The notes beneath the pieces were generated by a model. The model was not told the origin of the DNA and searched no databases. It saw only the letters and a program-made list of their open reading frames with translations. The translations under genes and the position numbers were made by a program. From Malacoraja senta (Eukaryota), in the NCBI GenBank assembly GCA_038087875.1, contig CM075993.1, forward strand, positions 1,676,001 to 1,740,000: DNA of 64,000 nucleotides. Direction: 5' to 3'. Of this stretch, positions 1 to 12,147 are shown piece after piece (position 1 is the first letter of the stretch; every line of letters starts with the position of its first letter).

Positions 1-1329
1 ACACTTACTTATCTGTCGTACTGCTGCAAGTAAGAATGACATTGTTCTGTTACGGGACATATGGCAATAAAACACTCTTGACTCCTGACTAGAAAAAAAA
101 TACATTTAAAAATCAAATAAACTTGTACAAAGAATCGATAAAAATAAAAGCAGAGTTTGATTTGCTGCTTCATGACGTAAACTCAGGTTTTAATTCAAAC
201 TTAAATGAATGATTTTGACCTGACCTGTGGTGATCCATTCTCCAGCTCTTTCCAAAATTACTAATGATTAAAAAGATATTCAATGAATTAAGGCAGCATA
301 CACTCCTTTCCTCCTGATTAGCCGCCAATTATTTATCTTTCAATCAAGACCCACGTCGCAGCGTCCTCTGCAGTCCGTCTGTCTTTTTAAATGTTTTTGT
401 TTAGTTTGAGTTTCGTTTATAGTGTTTTTTTTAACTGGGTATGTGTGGGGGGGCGGGGAGTGGGAAATGTTTAAAATCTTTTCCCTGCACGGGAGACCCG
501 ACCTTTCTCTGTCGGGTCTCCGTTGTCGTTGGGGCCTAGCACCGTGGAGCGGCCTCCAACGGAACGACCTGGGGCTCCAGTCGCGGAGCCGGCGGACTTA
601 CTCACCATCGTTGTGCTGGCCGAGTTCGGAGCGTGGAGAGCTGTGGTGGCGCACTGCTGCGGCCCGACCCCGGAGATTCGGAGGCTCCAGCCGCCGGCCC
701 GGTGGACGGTGACATCGGGAGCTCGCGGGTCCCTGGTGGGAGACCGCTTTTCGGGGCTCCCGCAACGGCAACTTCTCCAGCCCGAGTTGCGGGGTTGAAG
801 ATGACCTGGAGCGGGGTCTTACATCGCCCGGTGCGGCTTTAAATGGCCGCGGGACTTGCTAGCGCCCGCCGGGGGCTCCAACATCAAGACCCAGAGCGTG
901 GCCTTGCATTGCCCGGCGCGGCTTTAATGGCCGCGGGACTTATTTACCATCGCCCGCCGGGGGCTTTGACTTTGACATCGGGAGGAGAATGGGGAGTGCA
1001 GGGGAGAGACAAGACTTTGCCTTCCATCACAGCAAGGAGGAGATTCACTGTGATGGATGTTTGTGTAAATTGTGTTGTGTCTTGGTTCTTTTTACTTGTT
1101 TGTATGACTGCAGAAACCAAATTTCGTTTGAACTTAGGTTCAAATGACAACAAATAAATTGTATCAATTGTATCAAGATTAAAAACATATAAGCTATTAG
1201 TAGACACAAAATACTGGAGTAACTCAGCGGGCCAGGCAGCCTCGCTGGAGAGAAGGAACGGGCGATGTTTTGGGTCGAGACCCTTCCTCCGACGCAGCTA
1301 TTAGCATGGAATTATATTTGGAATCTTAC

Positions 1330-1565
1330 TATCATTCCTTTTTCCCCCTGTTCCCATCTGGCAGAAGGTACACAAGCTTGAAAGCGCGCACCACCAGACT
1401 CAGGGACAGCTTTTTTCCCTCTGTTATTAGGCTTCTGAATGGACCTTCCATAAGCTCGGGCACAGTCCGATTCACCTCTACCCCAGTGCGGTAATTGGAC
1501 TTTGTCTCTGGAACTAATGCGCTACAATGCTGAGAACTATATTCTGCACTCTGTATCTTCCCCTT
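1330..1565 (+). mobile_element. Rex1/Babar-type LINE 3' fragment
   Basis: FPSGRRYTSLKARTTRLRDSFFPSVIRLLN in ORF 1270..1494. Confidence 0.7.
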
Positions 1566-2222
1566 TGTTTAGTTTAGTTTAGAGATACAGAGCGGAAACA
1601 GGCCCTTCGGCCCACCGGGTTGACGCCGACAAGCGATCCCTGCACACTAACACTATTCTGCTCCCAAACTAGGGACAATTTTTACATTTACCAAGCCAAT
1701 TAACTTACAAACCTGTACGTCTTTGGAGTGTCCATGAGTTTGACTTGATTGTATTTATGTGCAGTTCAATGGTACCATACAATACATAAATACAAACGTC
1801 AACCTTAAGTACAATAGGTAGAGCAAAGGGGAAGATACAGAATGCAGAATATAGAATATCAATTGACTAGCATGCAAAACATAGAGTGTGAGAAAGAACT
1901 GCAGATGCTGGATAAAATCGAAGTAGACACAAACTGCTGGAGTAACTCTGCGGGTGAGGCAGCATCTATGGAGAGAAGGAATGGGTGACGTTTTGGGCCG
2001 AAACGTAGATGCTGCGTCACCCGCTGAGTTACTCCAGCATTTTGTGTCTACCTGCAAATCAGAGTTTCATTGTACCTCGCTACAAGTGACAATAATAAAG
2101 CTAAACGAAAACAATGTACAAATCACCCTTTACATTTCCTACATTACTACCTTTCAACTCAAATGTTCTTGGGTCATTAACAGTGCCATGTAAATAGCCC
2201 AACATTTGTTACATTCACTCAC

Positions 2223-2391
2223 CTTCATCTCCACAAACCAGTTTCTTCACAATGCTTGGCACTTCAATGTAACCAAAGCTTTTCAGGGTCTGGATGTGTG
2301 CGGCTGTGATGGGGTGCTCCCACATCACAGTGTTCATGGCTGGGCAGAAGAGGAGCGGCCGGTTCAGATCCCAGGCTCGGACTACGCAGGT
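2223..2391 (-). CDS. PPCDC: PPCDC coding exon 4 in window (169 nt): TCVVRAWDLNRPLLFCPAMNTVMWEHPITAAHIQTLKSFGYIEVPSIVKKLVCGDE(G)
   Basis: Minus-strand hand translation; acceptor ...ctgacacag|ACC, donor GAAG|gtgagt. Contains the HFCD-family PxMNxxMW motif and the catalytic Cys loop KKLVCGDEG. The final exon lies before base 1. Confidence 0.96.
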
Positions 2392-5300
2392 CTGTGTCAG
2401 ACAGAGAAAAAATAGAATAAGCGAGTTCGGTATTCCGAAAAACTTTATTTCTATTTATTTATTTATATTTATTGTCATTCGATAAAAACATGCTTCCGCA
2501 TGAATCATGAACAAAATTTCTACTCAGGTCCGAGCACCGTAATAGCGCAGTAAAGACATCAATACATTCTAACTTATATAAAAACCTTCCACAATAAAAT
2601 CTAAATAATAATGAGCCTATGAATAAATAATAAAAAGAAAAAAGCAGCATGGTTAAAAGACAGCAGCATAATAATGTCCATAGCAGCAGCAGCAGACAGT
2701 TCACTGCGCAGAAAAACGCAAGGATTCATGGGATTTGTCACAGGTCATTCGCGATAAAGAAAAAGCGAACTAAGCGCTGGCTGTATAAACAGTGTATAAA
2801 TTCTTATCTTTATTCATAATTTATGTGTAAAAATATATTTAATCTGAGGAACAGGGGGTGGCAGGTAGCAGGAGAGCGGGGTGTAACAGCGAGAGAGAGA
2901 GGGGGCAGGTGCGAGTAAGAGACAAGGGGAGAGACTGGACCGGCGGAGAGACATTCTCGGCTGCTGTGTGCACAGTCCCACGCCTCATCCGCAGCCAGGA
3001 TCGAACCCGGGTCCCTGGAGCCGCAAGCAATGCCGAACCTGCACTGGACCGTCCCCCCCCGTCGAGTGTCCCATCCCCACCCGGGGAGCGGCAGCTCCAG
3101 GCCCACAGCCAGCTTGGAGAAGTGCCAACCCCAGCTCAACACCGCCAGCCCCGGACACCGGCCCAGGACAGCAGCGGCCGAGGAACCCGCTCCCCGACAG
3201 GCCACCAGCTGCACCCCCTGATAAAGTTCACTACTGAAAAACAGACAACACACAAAGGGTTAGGTAAACCAACTCAAGCTTTACATCAGTCTGAAGAAGG
3301 GTTTCGGCCCGAAACGTTGCCTATTTCCTTCGCTCCATAGATGCTGCTGCACCCGCTGAGTTTCTCCAGCATTTTTGTGTACCTCCCAAGCTTTACTGAT
3401 CATCAGCCGGCAGGAATGTTGGGGATACCTCAGTCAAGTAAGCAACAGACACTTGACTCTCCCGAGCCACCACTCCAATGAACAAAGGCTCACAAGGTGT
3501 TTTTATGCTGTGGAAGCCATGTGGACACATTCCAAAGAAATTAGTCATGGTCACATGATGCAGCCAATATACATCACTCCGGGACAAGTCTGGGCTTGTC
3601 TCTTATCAGTTGGTACCTTCAGGACAAGACAGTTCAAAGGCATTAGTCATGGTCATAATGTACATGAGTCCAGGACAAGTCTGGGTTTGTCTTTCTAATC
3701 AGTTGGTCCCTTCCCACTAGAGAAAGCCTGATTAAGAAATATAAAGCTACAAACTATAGACAAGTATTCCATCATGTATCAAATATATATTTAAAGCATT
3801 TAACCCTTTCACCCCCACCCCACTCATCGGCTGCCGACCAGACCCGTCCCCCCCCCCCCCACCGGCGCCCGTGAAAACCAAGCATCAGCCATCAACGGGG
3901 ACACACACAAAATGCTGCAGCAACTTAGGCAGCATCCCCGGAGAAAAGGAATGGGTGAAGTTTCGGGTTGAGATCCTTCTCCAGAGATGTTGCCTGACCT
4001 GCCGAGCCACCGCAGCACCCCTTGTGCATCCCCGCTGATGACCCACGCTTGGCCCCCGCCAGCACCAAGGGGGCCCAGCGACAGCCACTGGACAAGGAGA
4101 GAGGCACAGCCGATGGTCTCCCCTGCTCCTCGCCGGCTGCAAGCCCGGGGCTGCCACCGCCCCACCAGCCCAGGGCTGCCCCGGACACCTCGGGCTGCTC
4201 CCGGACAGGGACGGGACACCCGGGAGGGGACGGCCCAGCAGCAACTCAACAGTGTCCCATTCTCTGTGGTCAAAGGACAAATGGCAATCGTAAAACAATA
4301 AAATAAGGTCGACAAGGTAACATTTCTGTAACGGTGTGGAATTGGGCTGTGTTTACTCTGCTGTGTCTTTCAGACGTGCATGATGTATATTTATTATGAC
4401 CATTTGGAAGAAGGAAACGTTCTAAAGTGCCTTCTGCAAAACATCAAAGGGAAATTCTGTATAGATGAATCTTTATTCATTGAGCAATCTCCTAGATTGC
4501 TCTCAGTGATCACTGTATTTGGCGCTCTTAAATAAAGTCTTGATTGTCTTACCCGATCTTTGTGTTGTGTTTTAAAGTTTTCTTTAACAAAGGGGGTGAA
4601 TCTGTGGAATTCTTTGCCACAGAAGGCAGTGGAGGCCAAGTCAGTGGATATTTTTAAGGCAGAGATAGATAGATTCTTGATTAGTACGGGTGTCAGGGGT
4701 TACGGGGAGAAGGCAGGAGAATGGGGTTAAGAGGGAAAGATAGATCAGCAATGATTGAGTGGCGGAGTAGACTTGATGGGCCGAATGGTCTAATTCTGCT
4801 GCTATCACTTATGAAATGGATTAGACTAGAAATAAAGAATTGGGAGAAAACTGTAAACTATCATCAAGTACTAAATTTATAAACCCAAAATAGAAGAATG
4901 TTATTTTGACTAGCCACACAGGTTAAAGCTTTAAAAACAGGCCGGTTAATGAAGTCTTTAAGAACAGTTGGTTAAAGAACTGCTGCAATAAAATACCTGT
5001 CTAATGTTTCTTAAACTTTGCAATAGTCCCAGCCTCAACTACCTCGTTCCATACACCCACCACCCTTAGTGTAAAAAAGTCACCCCTCGGGTTCCTATTA
5101 AATCTCTCTCCCCTCATTTTAAACCCGTGTCCTCTGGTTCCCGATTCAGAGGTCTTCTTGGCAGGAGATTTAGCCAAGGGTAGATACTTAACCTCAGTCA
5201 CTTCAGGTCAGTAATATAGGGGAGGAATATTCGAAACAGTCTTTCTTATCATTTTCTCGTAAATCAACAAGTGTACTCGATGTTCACGATTAAATATTTT

Positions 5301-5699
5301 GTTTAAATTGTACCCTGCCAATTAGTGAGTGAGTAACGCTGGGAATATCCACCAGTCTGTAATTGAAGGCGTGCACATCGTCTAATGGATAACAGGATTG
5401 ACAGTGTGCTCCACAAGGCACATGTCGTTCTGCCAAGTCTCTCCCCCTGAACACAGGAGCCACAGATTCTTCCATCTGATTTCAAACCCACAAATGTTCC
5501 CATCTTTAACTGATGTACAAATATCTTTCAATCACACCAGCGTGTCCTCTTTACTAACTTTGTCCAACTAACTTGAAGACCGCAGCCTCGTCATGCACAC
5601 ATTCTTTTTATGAATATGAAAAACAAGTCTGGGACAAAAGATTAAAGTTTTACGGTTAGTTATCAGACACATATGGGTAAATTTTAAAAGACGCGTGCT

Positions 5700-6028
5700 G
5701 CAGAGTGGCGCAGCTGGTAGAGCTGCTGCCTCACAGCTCCAGAGACTCAGGTTCGATCCCAACCTTAAGTGCTGTCTGTGTGGAGTTTTCATGTTTGCAT
5801 GTTCTCCCTGTGACCTTGTGGGTTTTCCCCGGTTTCCTCCCACATCCCACATCCCAAAGACGTGCGGGTTTGTGGGTTAATTGATCTTTGTAAATGGCCC
5901 CAAGTGTGTAGAGAGTGGATGAGAAAGTGGGATAACATGGAACTAGTGTTTACGGCTGATCGCTGGTCAACATGGACTCAGTGGGATGAAGGGGCCTGTT
6001 TCCATACCGTATCTTTCAACCAATCAAT
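5700..6028 (+). mobile_element. tRNA-derived V-SINE (HE1-like)
   Basis: A box TGGCGCAGCTGG, B box GGTTCGATCC, V-domain-like GTTCTCCCTGTGACC..GTGGGTTTTC, CR1-like tail GGGCCTGTTTCC. Confidence 0.85.
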
Positions 6029-7852
6029 CTATGAAATGAACAATGCATACATAGGTTGGGAGGGAGATAGATCATCAGAATGGCAGTAGATGGACCGAAT
6101 GGCCTAATTCTGCTCCTATCACATGATCTCATGAAGATTATGATCATGGTTGTTCTATCTTTCTTTACCCTACCTTTACCCATAACCTTTGGCGTCCTTA
6201 TGAATCATGAGCCTATCAATCCCTGATTTAAAATTTCCCAATGCAAGTGTTATAGTCTCGAGTCACAAGGACCAGCAGATGGTGATTCACAAAAAAAAAC
6301 CCCACACACACAAAGAACTGGAGTTAGAAGTTTGAAGAAGAGTCCCGACACGAAACATCACCTATTCATGTCCTCTAGAGATGCTTCCTGACCCGTTACA
6401 TTACTCCAGCACTCTGCGTGGATAATTTCCCTTGAAGAATCGGACTTTGGTCATTACACTTCTTTGAGTTTAGGGGGAAAAAAAGAAAGAATAGGTACAA
6501 AATGGATTTGAAGCGTTGGCCAACACACTGCTGAGGATAAAAAAAAGTTGAGGGTGGTCAATAATTTGTCAAGATTATAAAGCACACAGCATTGGTGTAG
6601 GTAGAAGACGATTTCATACAATTATTAGTCAAGGTTAGGATGTTCACGCCAAAGCAAATTTATCGAGGAAAAAAATTATTTATTTCTTCCCGTCTATGGT
6701 TTGGAGTGGGAAAACACAGCTCAGGAGCAGCTTGAGAGGGGTTCTACTGATCTAACATGTCATTGTCTTGTGAACTGTGTGCATGGCGAAAATGTATCGC
6801 ACTGTGTGACGTAAAACGAAAGGTGCTTCTCGTACCCAGACAATGACATCAAGACATCTATTGAAAAATGTCAACGATGAGCTGACTACAGTGAAGTGTG
6901 AAAAACACGACTGTTCATTGAGGATGAAAAGAACTGCAGATGCTGCTTTACCAAAAAAGATACCAGGTGCTGGAGTAACTCAGCAGGTTGGGCAGCATCT
7001 CTGAAGGACACGGATAGGTGACGTTTTGGGCCTGAACCCTGAATGAGGATGAGTTCAGGTTGGTGGCTGCCCGAGTGACAGTCAGCAGATTCAACAAACC
7101 GTGGACAATAAATTGTTTTTGGAAAGAGAGAATGTGATTTTTAATATTCCAGAGCAGGGAAGAACACAAGAGGTGTCTACAGAGAAAGGTTCTAAAAGCA
7201 AGTTAAGCTTCTTGGGCAGCACGGTGGCGCAGCGGTAGAGTTGTTGACTTACAGCTCCAGAGACCCGGGTTCGATCCTGACTACGGGTGCTGTCGGTATG
7301 GAGTTTGTATGTTTGTAACCAAGACCTACTCTGCTTAAGTTTTGGTTATCGTAGTCTAGTGATATAATTTTCCAAGTACAGTAAAATATTTGAAAGATAT
7401 GCATACGATTTTTGCATGTCTTTCATTCATTTGTTCTATTTGTCCTGCGGCCTACAACAATCTAAAGCCGCGGTCTCCGGTGAGGAAGAGCCGATCCTGG
7501 ACTGACTTTGGACTCTGGTCCTGTCCACGGGGGGAAATGGAGGAGGACTGGCCACATTTTTGTGCCTTCCACCACAGTGATGAATGCTGTGGTGGATGTT
7601 TGTGTTACATTTTGTGTGTTCTTTATTATTGTATCGCTGCTGACAACCCAATCCTTGCCGGGTCACTGCTCGTGCGGTCGACCGGCTGGTGCAGAGAGTA
7701 GCTTTGAATGTTTGTCTCTTCGTTACGTTGTTTGTGTCCTTTCCTTTAAAAAAAAAGCTACTGTAATGCGCCCTTTTAAATTGCCCCTTGGGGATGAATA
7801 AAGTGCTTGATTGATTGATTGATTGATTGATATCTCTCCACATTACCATCTA

Positions 7853-9469
7853 CAGTGGCTTGCAAAAGTATTCATACCCCTTGAACTTTTCCACATTTTG
7901 TCACGTTACAACCACAAACGTAAATGTATTTTATTGGGATTTTATGTGATAGACCAACACAAAGTGGCACATAATTGTGAAGTGGAAGGAAAATGATACA
8001 TGGTTTTCAAATTTTTTTACAAATAAAAAACTGAAAAGTGTGGCGTGCAAAAGTATTCAGCCCCCCTGAGTCAATACTTTGTAGAACCACCTTTCGCTGC
8101 AATTACAGCTGCAAGTCTTTTGGGGTATGTCTCTACCAGCTTTGCACATCTAGAGACTGAAATTTTTGCCCATTCTTCTTTGCAAAATAGTTCAAGCTCA
8201 GTCAGATTGGATGGAGAACGTCTGTGAACAGCAATTTTCAAGTCTTGCCAGAGATTCTCAATTGGATTTAGGTCTGGACTTTGACCGGGCCATTCTAACA
8301 CATGAATATGCTTTGATCTAAACCATTCCATTGTAGCTCTGGCTGTATGTTTAGGGTCGTTGTCCTGCTGGAAGGTGAACCTCCGCCCCAGTCTCAAGTC
8401 TTTTGCAGACTCTAACAGGTTTTCTTCCAAGATTGCCCTGTATTTGGCTCCATCCATCTTCCCATCAACTCTGACCAGCTTCCCTGTCCCTGCTGAAGAA
8501 AAGCATCCCCACAGCATGATGCTGCCACCACCATGTTTCACAGTGGGGATGGTGTGTTCAGGGTGATGTGCAGTGTTAGGTTTCCGCCACACATAGCGTT
8601 TTGCATTTAGGCCAAAAACTTCAATTTTGGTCTCATCTGACCAGAGCACCTTCCTCCACATGTTTCCTGTGTCCCCCACATGGCTTGTGGTAAACTGCAA
8701 ACGGGACTTCTTATAGCTTTTTTTCAACAATGGCTTTCTTCTTGCCACTCTTCCATAAAGCCCCGATTTGTGGAGTGCACGACTAATAGTTGTCCTGTGG
8801 ACAGATTCTCCCACCTGAGCTGTGGATCTCTGCAGCTCCCCCAGAGTTACCATGGGCCTCTTGGCTGCTTCTCTGATCAATGCTCTCCTTGCCCGGCCTG
8901 TCAGTTTAGGTGGACGGCCATGTCTTGGTAGGTTTGCAGTTGTGCCATACTCTTTCCATTTTCGGATGATGGATTGAACAGTGCTCCGTGAGATGTTCAA
9001 AGCTTGGGATATTTTTTTATAACCTAACCCTGCTTTAAACTTCTCCACAACTTTATCCCTGACCTGTCTGGTGTGTTCCTTGGGCTTCATGATGCTGTTT
9101 GTTCACTAATGTTCTCTAACAAACCTCTGAGGCCTTCACAGAACAGCTGTATTTATACTGAGATTAGATTACACACAAGTGGACTCTATTTATTAATTAG
9201 GTGACTTCTGAAGGCAATTGGTTGCACTGGATTTTATTTAGGGGTATCAGAGTAAAGGGGGCTGAATACTTTTGCACATGACACTTTTCAGTTTTTTATT
9301 TGTAAAAAAATTTGAAAACCATGTATCATTTTCCTTCCACTTCACAATTATGCGCCACTTTGTGTTGGTCTATCACATAAAATCCCAATAAAATACATTT
9401 ACGTTTGTGGTTGTAACGTGACAAAATGTGGAAAAGTTCAAGGGGTATGAATACTTTTGCAAGCCACTG
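7853..9469 (-). mobile_element. Full-length Tc1 (DD34E) DNA transposon, Passport-like, IR/DR type
   Basis: TA|CAGTGGCTTGCAAAAGTATTCA...TGAATACTTTTGCAAGCCACTG|TA. 213-bp TIRs (7853-8065 and 9257-9469) differ at 4 positions by eye; the direct repeat TGCAAAAGTATTCA sits at both ends of each TIR. Confidence 0.97.
8071..9090 (-). CDS. Intact Tc1 transposase, 339 aa
   Basis: Paired-like HTH N-terminus, GRPPK linker, WSDETK, QQDNDPKH, SPDLNPIE with 34 residues between the second D and E; no stops or frameshifts. Confidence 0.96.
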   Translation of the reverse strand: MKPKEHTRQVRDKVVEKFKAGLGYKKISQALNISRSTVQSIIRKWKEYGTTANLPRHGRPPKLTGRARRALIREAAKRPMVTLGELQRSTAQVGESVHRTTISRALHKSGLYGRVARRKPLLKKSYKKSRLQFTTSHVGDTGNMWRKVLWSDETKIEVFGLNAKRYVWRKPNTAHHPEHTIPTVKHGGGSIMLWGCFSSAGTGKLVRVDGKMDGAKYRAILEENLLESAKDLRLGRRFTFQQDNDPKHTARATMEWFRSKHIHVLEWPGQSPDLNPIENLWQDLKIAVHRRSPSNLTELELFCKEEWAKISVSRCAKLVETYPKRLAAVIAAKGGSTKY

Positions 9470-9698
9470 TATATCTCTCGTTTCCCTTTCCCCAGACTGG
9501 GGAAGTCTAGTGAAGGGTCTTGACCCGAAACGTCACCTATCTCTTCTCTCCAAAGATGCTGCCTGTCCCCTTGAGTCACTCCAGCTTTTTGTGTCTATCT
9601 GCAGTTTAAACCAGCATCTGCAGTTCCTTCCTGCACAGTAAAATATTTGTTATGTACAAGCTCTGCTAATTAAACCTTTCTGTATTATTTTATGTTAA

Positions 9699-10018
9699 AG
9701 GGCCTGTCCCACTTACACGATTTTTTCGGTGACTTGCCAGCACCCGTCATAGTCGCAGTAGGTAGCCGAAAATGTTCAACATGTTGAAACTCCAGTGGCG
9801 ACCGGAAAAAGGGTACGACTCTTTGGGCGACTAAGGGCAACATGGTCGACACGTGACGCCTGTATGGTCGTGAGTAGTCACCCAAAGTGTCGTACCTTTT
9901 TCTGGTCGCCGCTGGATTTTCAACATGTCGACAATTTTCAGAGACCTGCTGCGACTATGATGGGTGCCGGCAAGTCGCCCAAAAAAATCGGGACAGGCCC
10001 TTAAGTGGGACAGGCCCT
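9699..10018. mobile_element. PIF/Harbinger-type palindromic MITE
   Basis: TAA|AGGGCCTGTCCCACTTA...TAAGTGGGACAGGCCCT|TAA (17-bp TIR, TAA TSD). Inverted complementarity continues about 135 bp inward; the right terminus is locally duplicated. Confidence 0.8.
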
Positions 10019-10289
10019 TAAGGATCTTGTGGGTGAGTTAATGTCTCATTTATAAGATTGTACAGTGCATACAAGAGTCCATATCTTTCCTGCAGACAAG
10101 GGAACTGAAATTGTGTACAGTAAGCTTATTGTGAATTCTTGGATGAGAAAAAGGACCTTGAACAAGATATGGAAAGAATAACAGCCACCAGATGTTTGTG
10201 GTCTGGCTCCAAGAATAACAAGCAGGATGTGGGAACTGGGCGGCAAGTTACAAAGAGTTGAAGATGAGGAAAATCGCTGTTTCGGACAA

Positions 10290-10740
10290 TAGTTGTCATT
10301 CCTTTATTGCCACACAGGGACACATTCGGAGACGGACATCAAGTACCGCTGGAAGATCATCAACTTGCTGAAAGACGCTCTTTTTGGTCGGCCCAGAACT
10401 TGTTGGTCTCCCAGCAGAGCGAGATGTCCGTCAGGAACGTTGTGAAGTCGGGGAATGTTGCCCACTGCCCCGCTCCAGACTGCAGGAGTACGTGCTGAGG
10501 GACGCACTGAAGCTCGGTGCAGCCAACGCCAAGGCTCTGTGGGGGGGGGACAGCAGTCTAGGGTCCTTCTACTGCTGGACATTGGGGGACAGAGTCCGGT
10601 GGGGACATCCCTCAAACGAGAGAAGGGACATCACCCCCAGGGGCCATATGAGTGGTATAGGGATAGTTTGTATTTTTAAAATCTGTTTTAATGGAAAACT
10701 TTATAGTTCACATGTGACAGGTCCCAGTGAAATTCAGTGC
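10290..10740 (+). mobile_element. Degenerate 3' fragment of a Tx1-clade L1-like retrotransposon
   Basis: Frameshifted peptide ...WSAQNLLVSQQSEMSV...SRLQEYVLRDALKLGAANAKALWG resembles Tx1 ORF2 C-termini (from recall). Confidence 0.55.
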
Positions 10741-10827
10741 TTGCTTACCCACGGTATGTGTCACCTCTCCATGTTCTCCACGGAAACAGCCGAGTTAGTC
10801 CAGCACATTGTGTTCTCTTTTGTAAAC

Positions 10828-11123
10828 CACGGTGGTGCAGCGGTAAAGTTGCTGCCTCACAGTGCCAGAGACCCAGGTTTGATCCTAACTATGGGTGTTC
10901 TCTGCACGGAGTTTGTGCAATCTCCTCGTGACCAGCTTGGGTTTTCCCCGGGTGCTCCTGTTCCCTCCCACACTCCAAAGATGTGCAGGTTTATAGATTA
11001 ATTGACTTCTATAACTTTGTCCCTAGTATGTAGAATAGAGCTAGTGTACAGGTGATCGCTGGTCGGCGTGGACTCAGTGGGCTGAAGGGCCTGTTTCCAC
11101 GCTGTATCTTTCAACTAAACTAA
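10828..11123 (+). mobile_element. tRNA-derived V-SINE (HE1-like)
   Basis: Same head, body and tail; (CTAAA)n end. Confidence 0.85.
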
Positions 11124-12147
11124 GCATCTGCAGTTCCTTCTTGCTACTTTCAGTGATCCTGTTTGCCCACCCAACACTCAACACCATGAGCTCCAGGTTA
11201 CAGTAACTGGTGAGGGCGTGCCCTCTTCTGGCAGAGACCCATCACTGCAATGTTAGAGTAGAATAAGAAAATAAGATTCATAGAAACATAGAAAATAGGT
11301 GCAGGATTAGGCCATTCGGCCCTTCGAGCCTGCACCGCCATTCAATATGATCATGGCTGATATGATCAAGATTTCAGGTCATTATTTCTATAGTCTCATA
11401 TTCCCCATTTTTCACTCAGAGGGTGGTGGGTGCAGGGAACGAGCTGCCAGAGGAGGTAGTTGAAGCAAGCACTATAACAGCATTTAAAAAACATTTGGAC
11501 TGGTACACGGACAGGAAAAGTTGAGATGGACTTGGGCCAAACGCAGGCAGGTGGAACTAGTGTAGATGAGGCATGCCGGCCGGCATGGGCAGGTTGGGCC
11601 GAAGGGTCTGTTTCCATGCTGTACGACTCAATGACTCTAAGTTAACCAATACCATGGAAGAGGTATTGATGGACAGGTAGATAGACACAAAAAGCTGGAC
11701 TAACTCAGCGGGTGAGACAGCATCTCTGGAGAGAAGGAATAGGTGATGTTTCAGGTAAAGAGTCTTCTTAGTCTGAGGAAGGGCCTTGACCCGAAATGTC
11801 ACCCATTCCTTTTCTCCAGAGATGTTGTCTGACCCGCTGAGTCACTCCAGCTTCTTGTGTCTGTCTTCAGTTTAAACCAGCATCTGCAGTTCCTTCCAAC
11901 ACATGATGGACAGGTAGATTGCCTGTTATGTTGCCCGCAGATACTGTGAAGGAGGAGAGAAAGAAATAATGAACAGAGGGACTATCCTGGATAAAGAGTC
12001 CTGGACTGGAAGATAGATTGCCACTGGAAATTATACTGGACATTCTGGCGGAACCACAGAAGGTCATGTTGTGAAAATGTGTATGAAAGTAGGAATGATA
12101 TCCTCAACCAGAACAAATGTTATGGAGAAAAAAAGTTGTTTTTAATT

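Noticed and set aside
1..2200. Final PPCDC exon (G.GAMAE...)
   Set aside because: Not found on the minus strand in this interval; presumed to lie outside the window rather than lost.
2810..4315. Overlapping GC-rich ORFs of 60-163 aa on both strands
   Set aside because: No recognisable domain or splice logic; open frames are expected in GC-rich repeat-derived DNA.
5700..5770. tRNA genes at A/B-box motifs here and elsewhere
   Set aside because: Each continues into a SINE body and LINE-like tail, with no complete cloverleaf.
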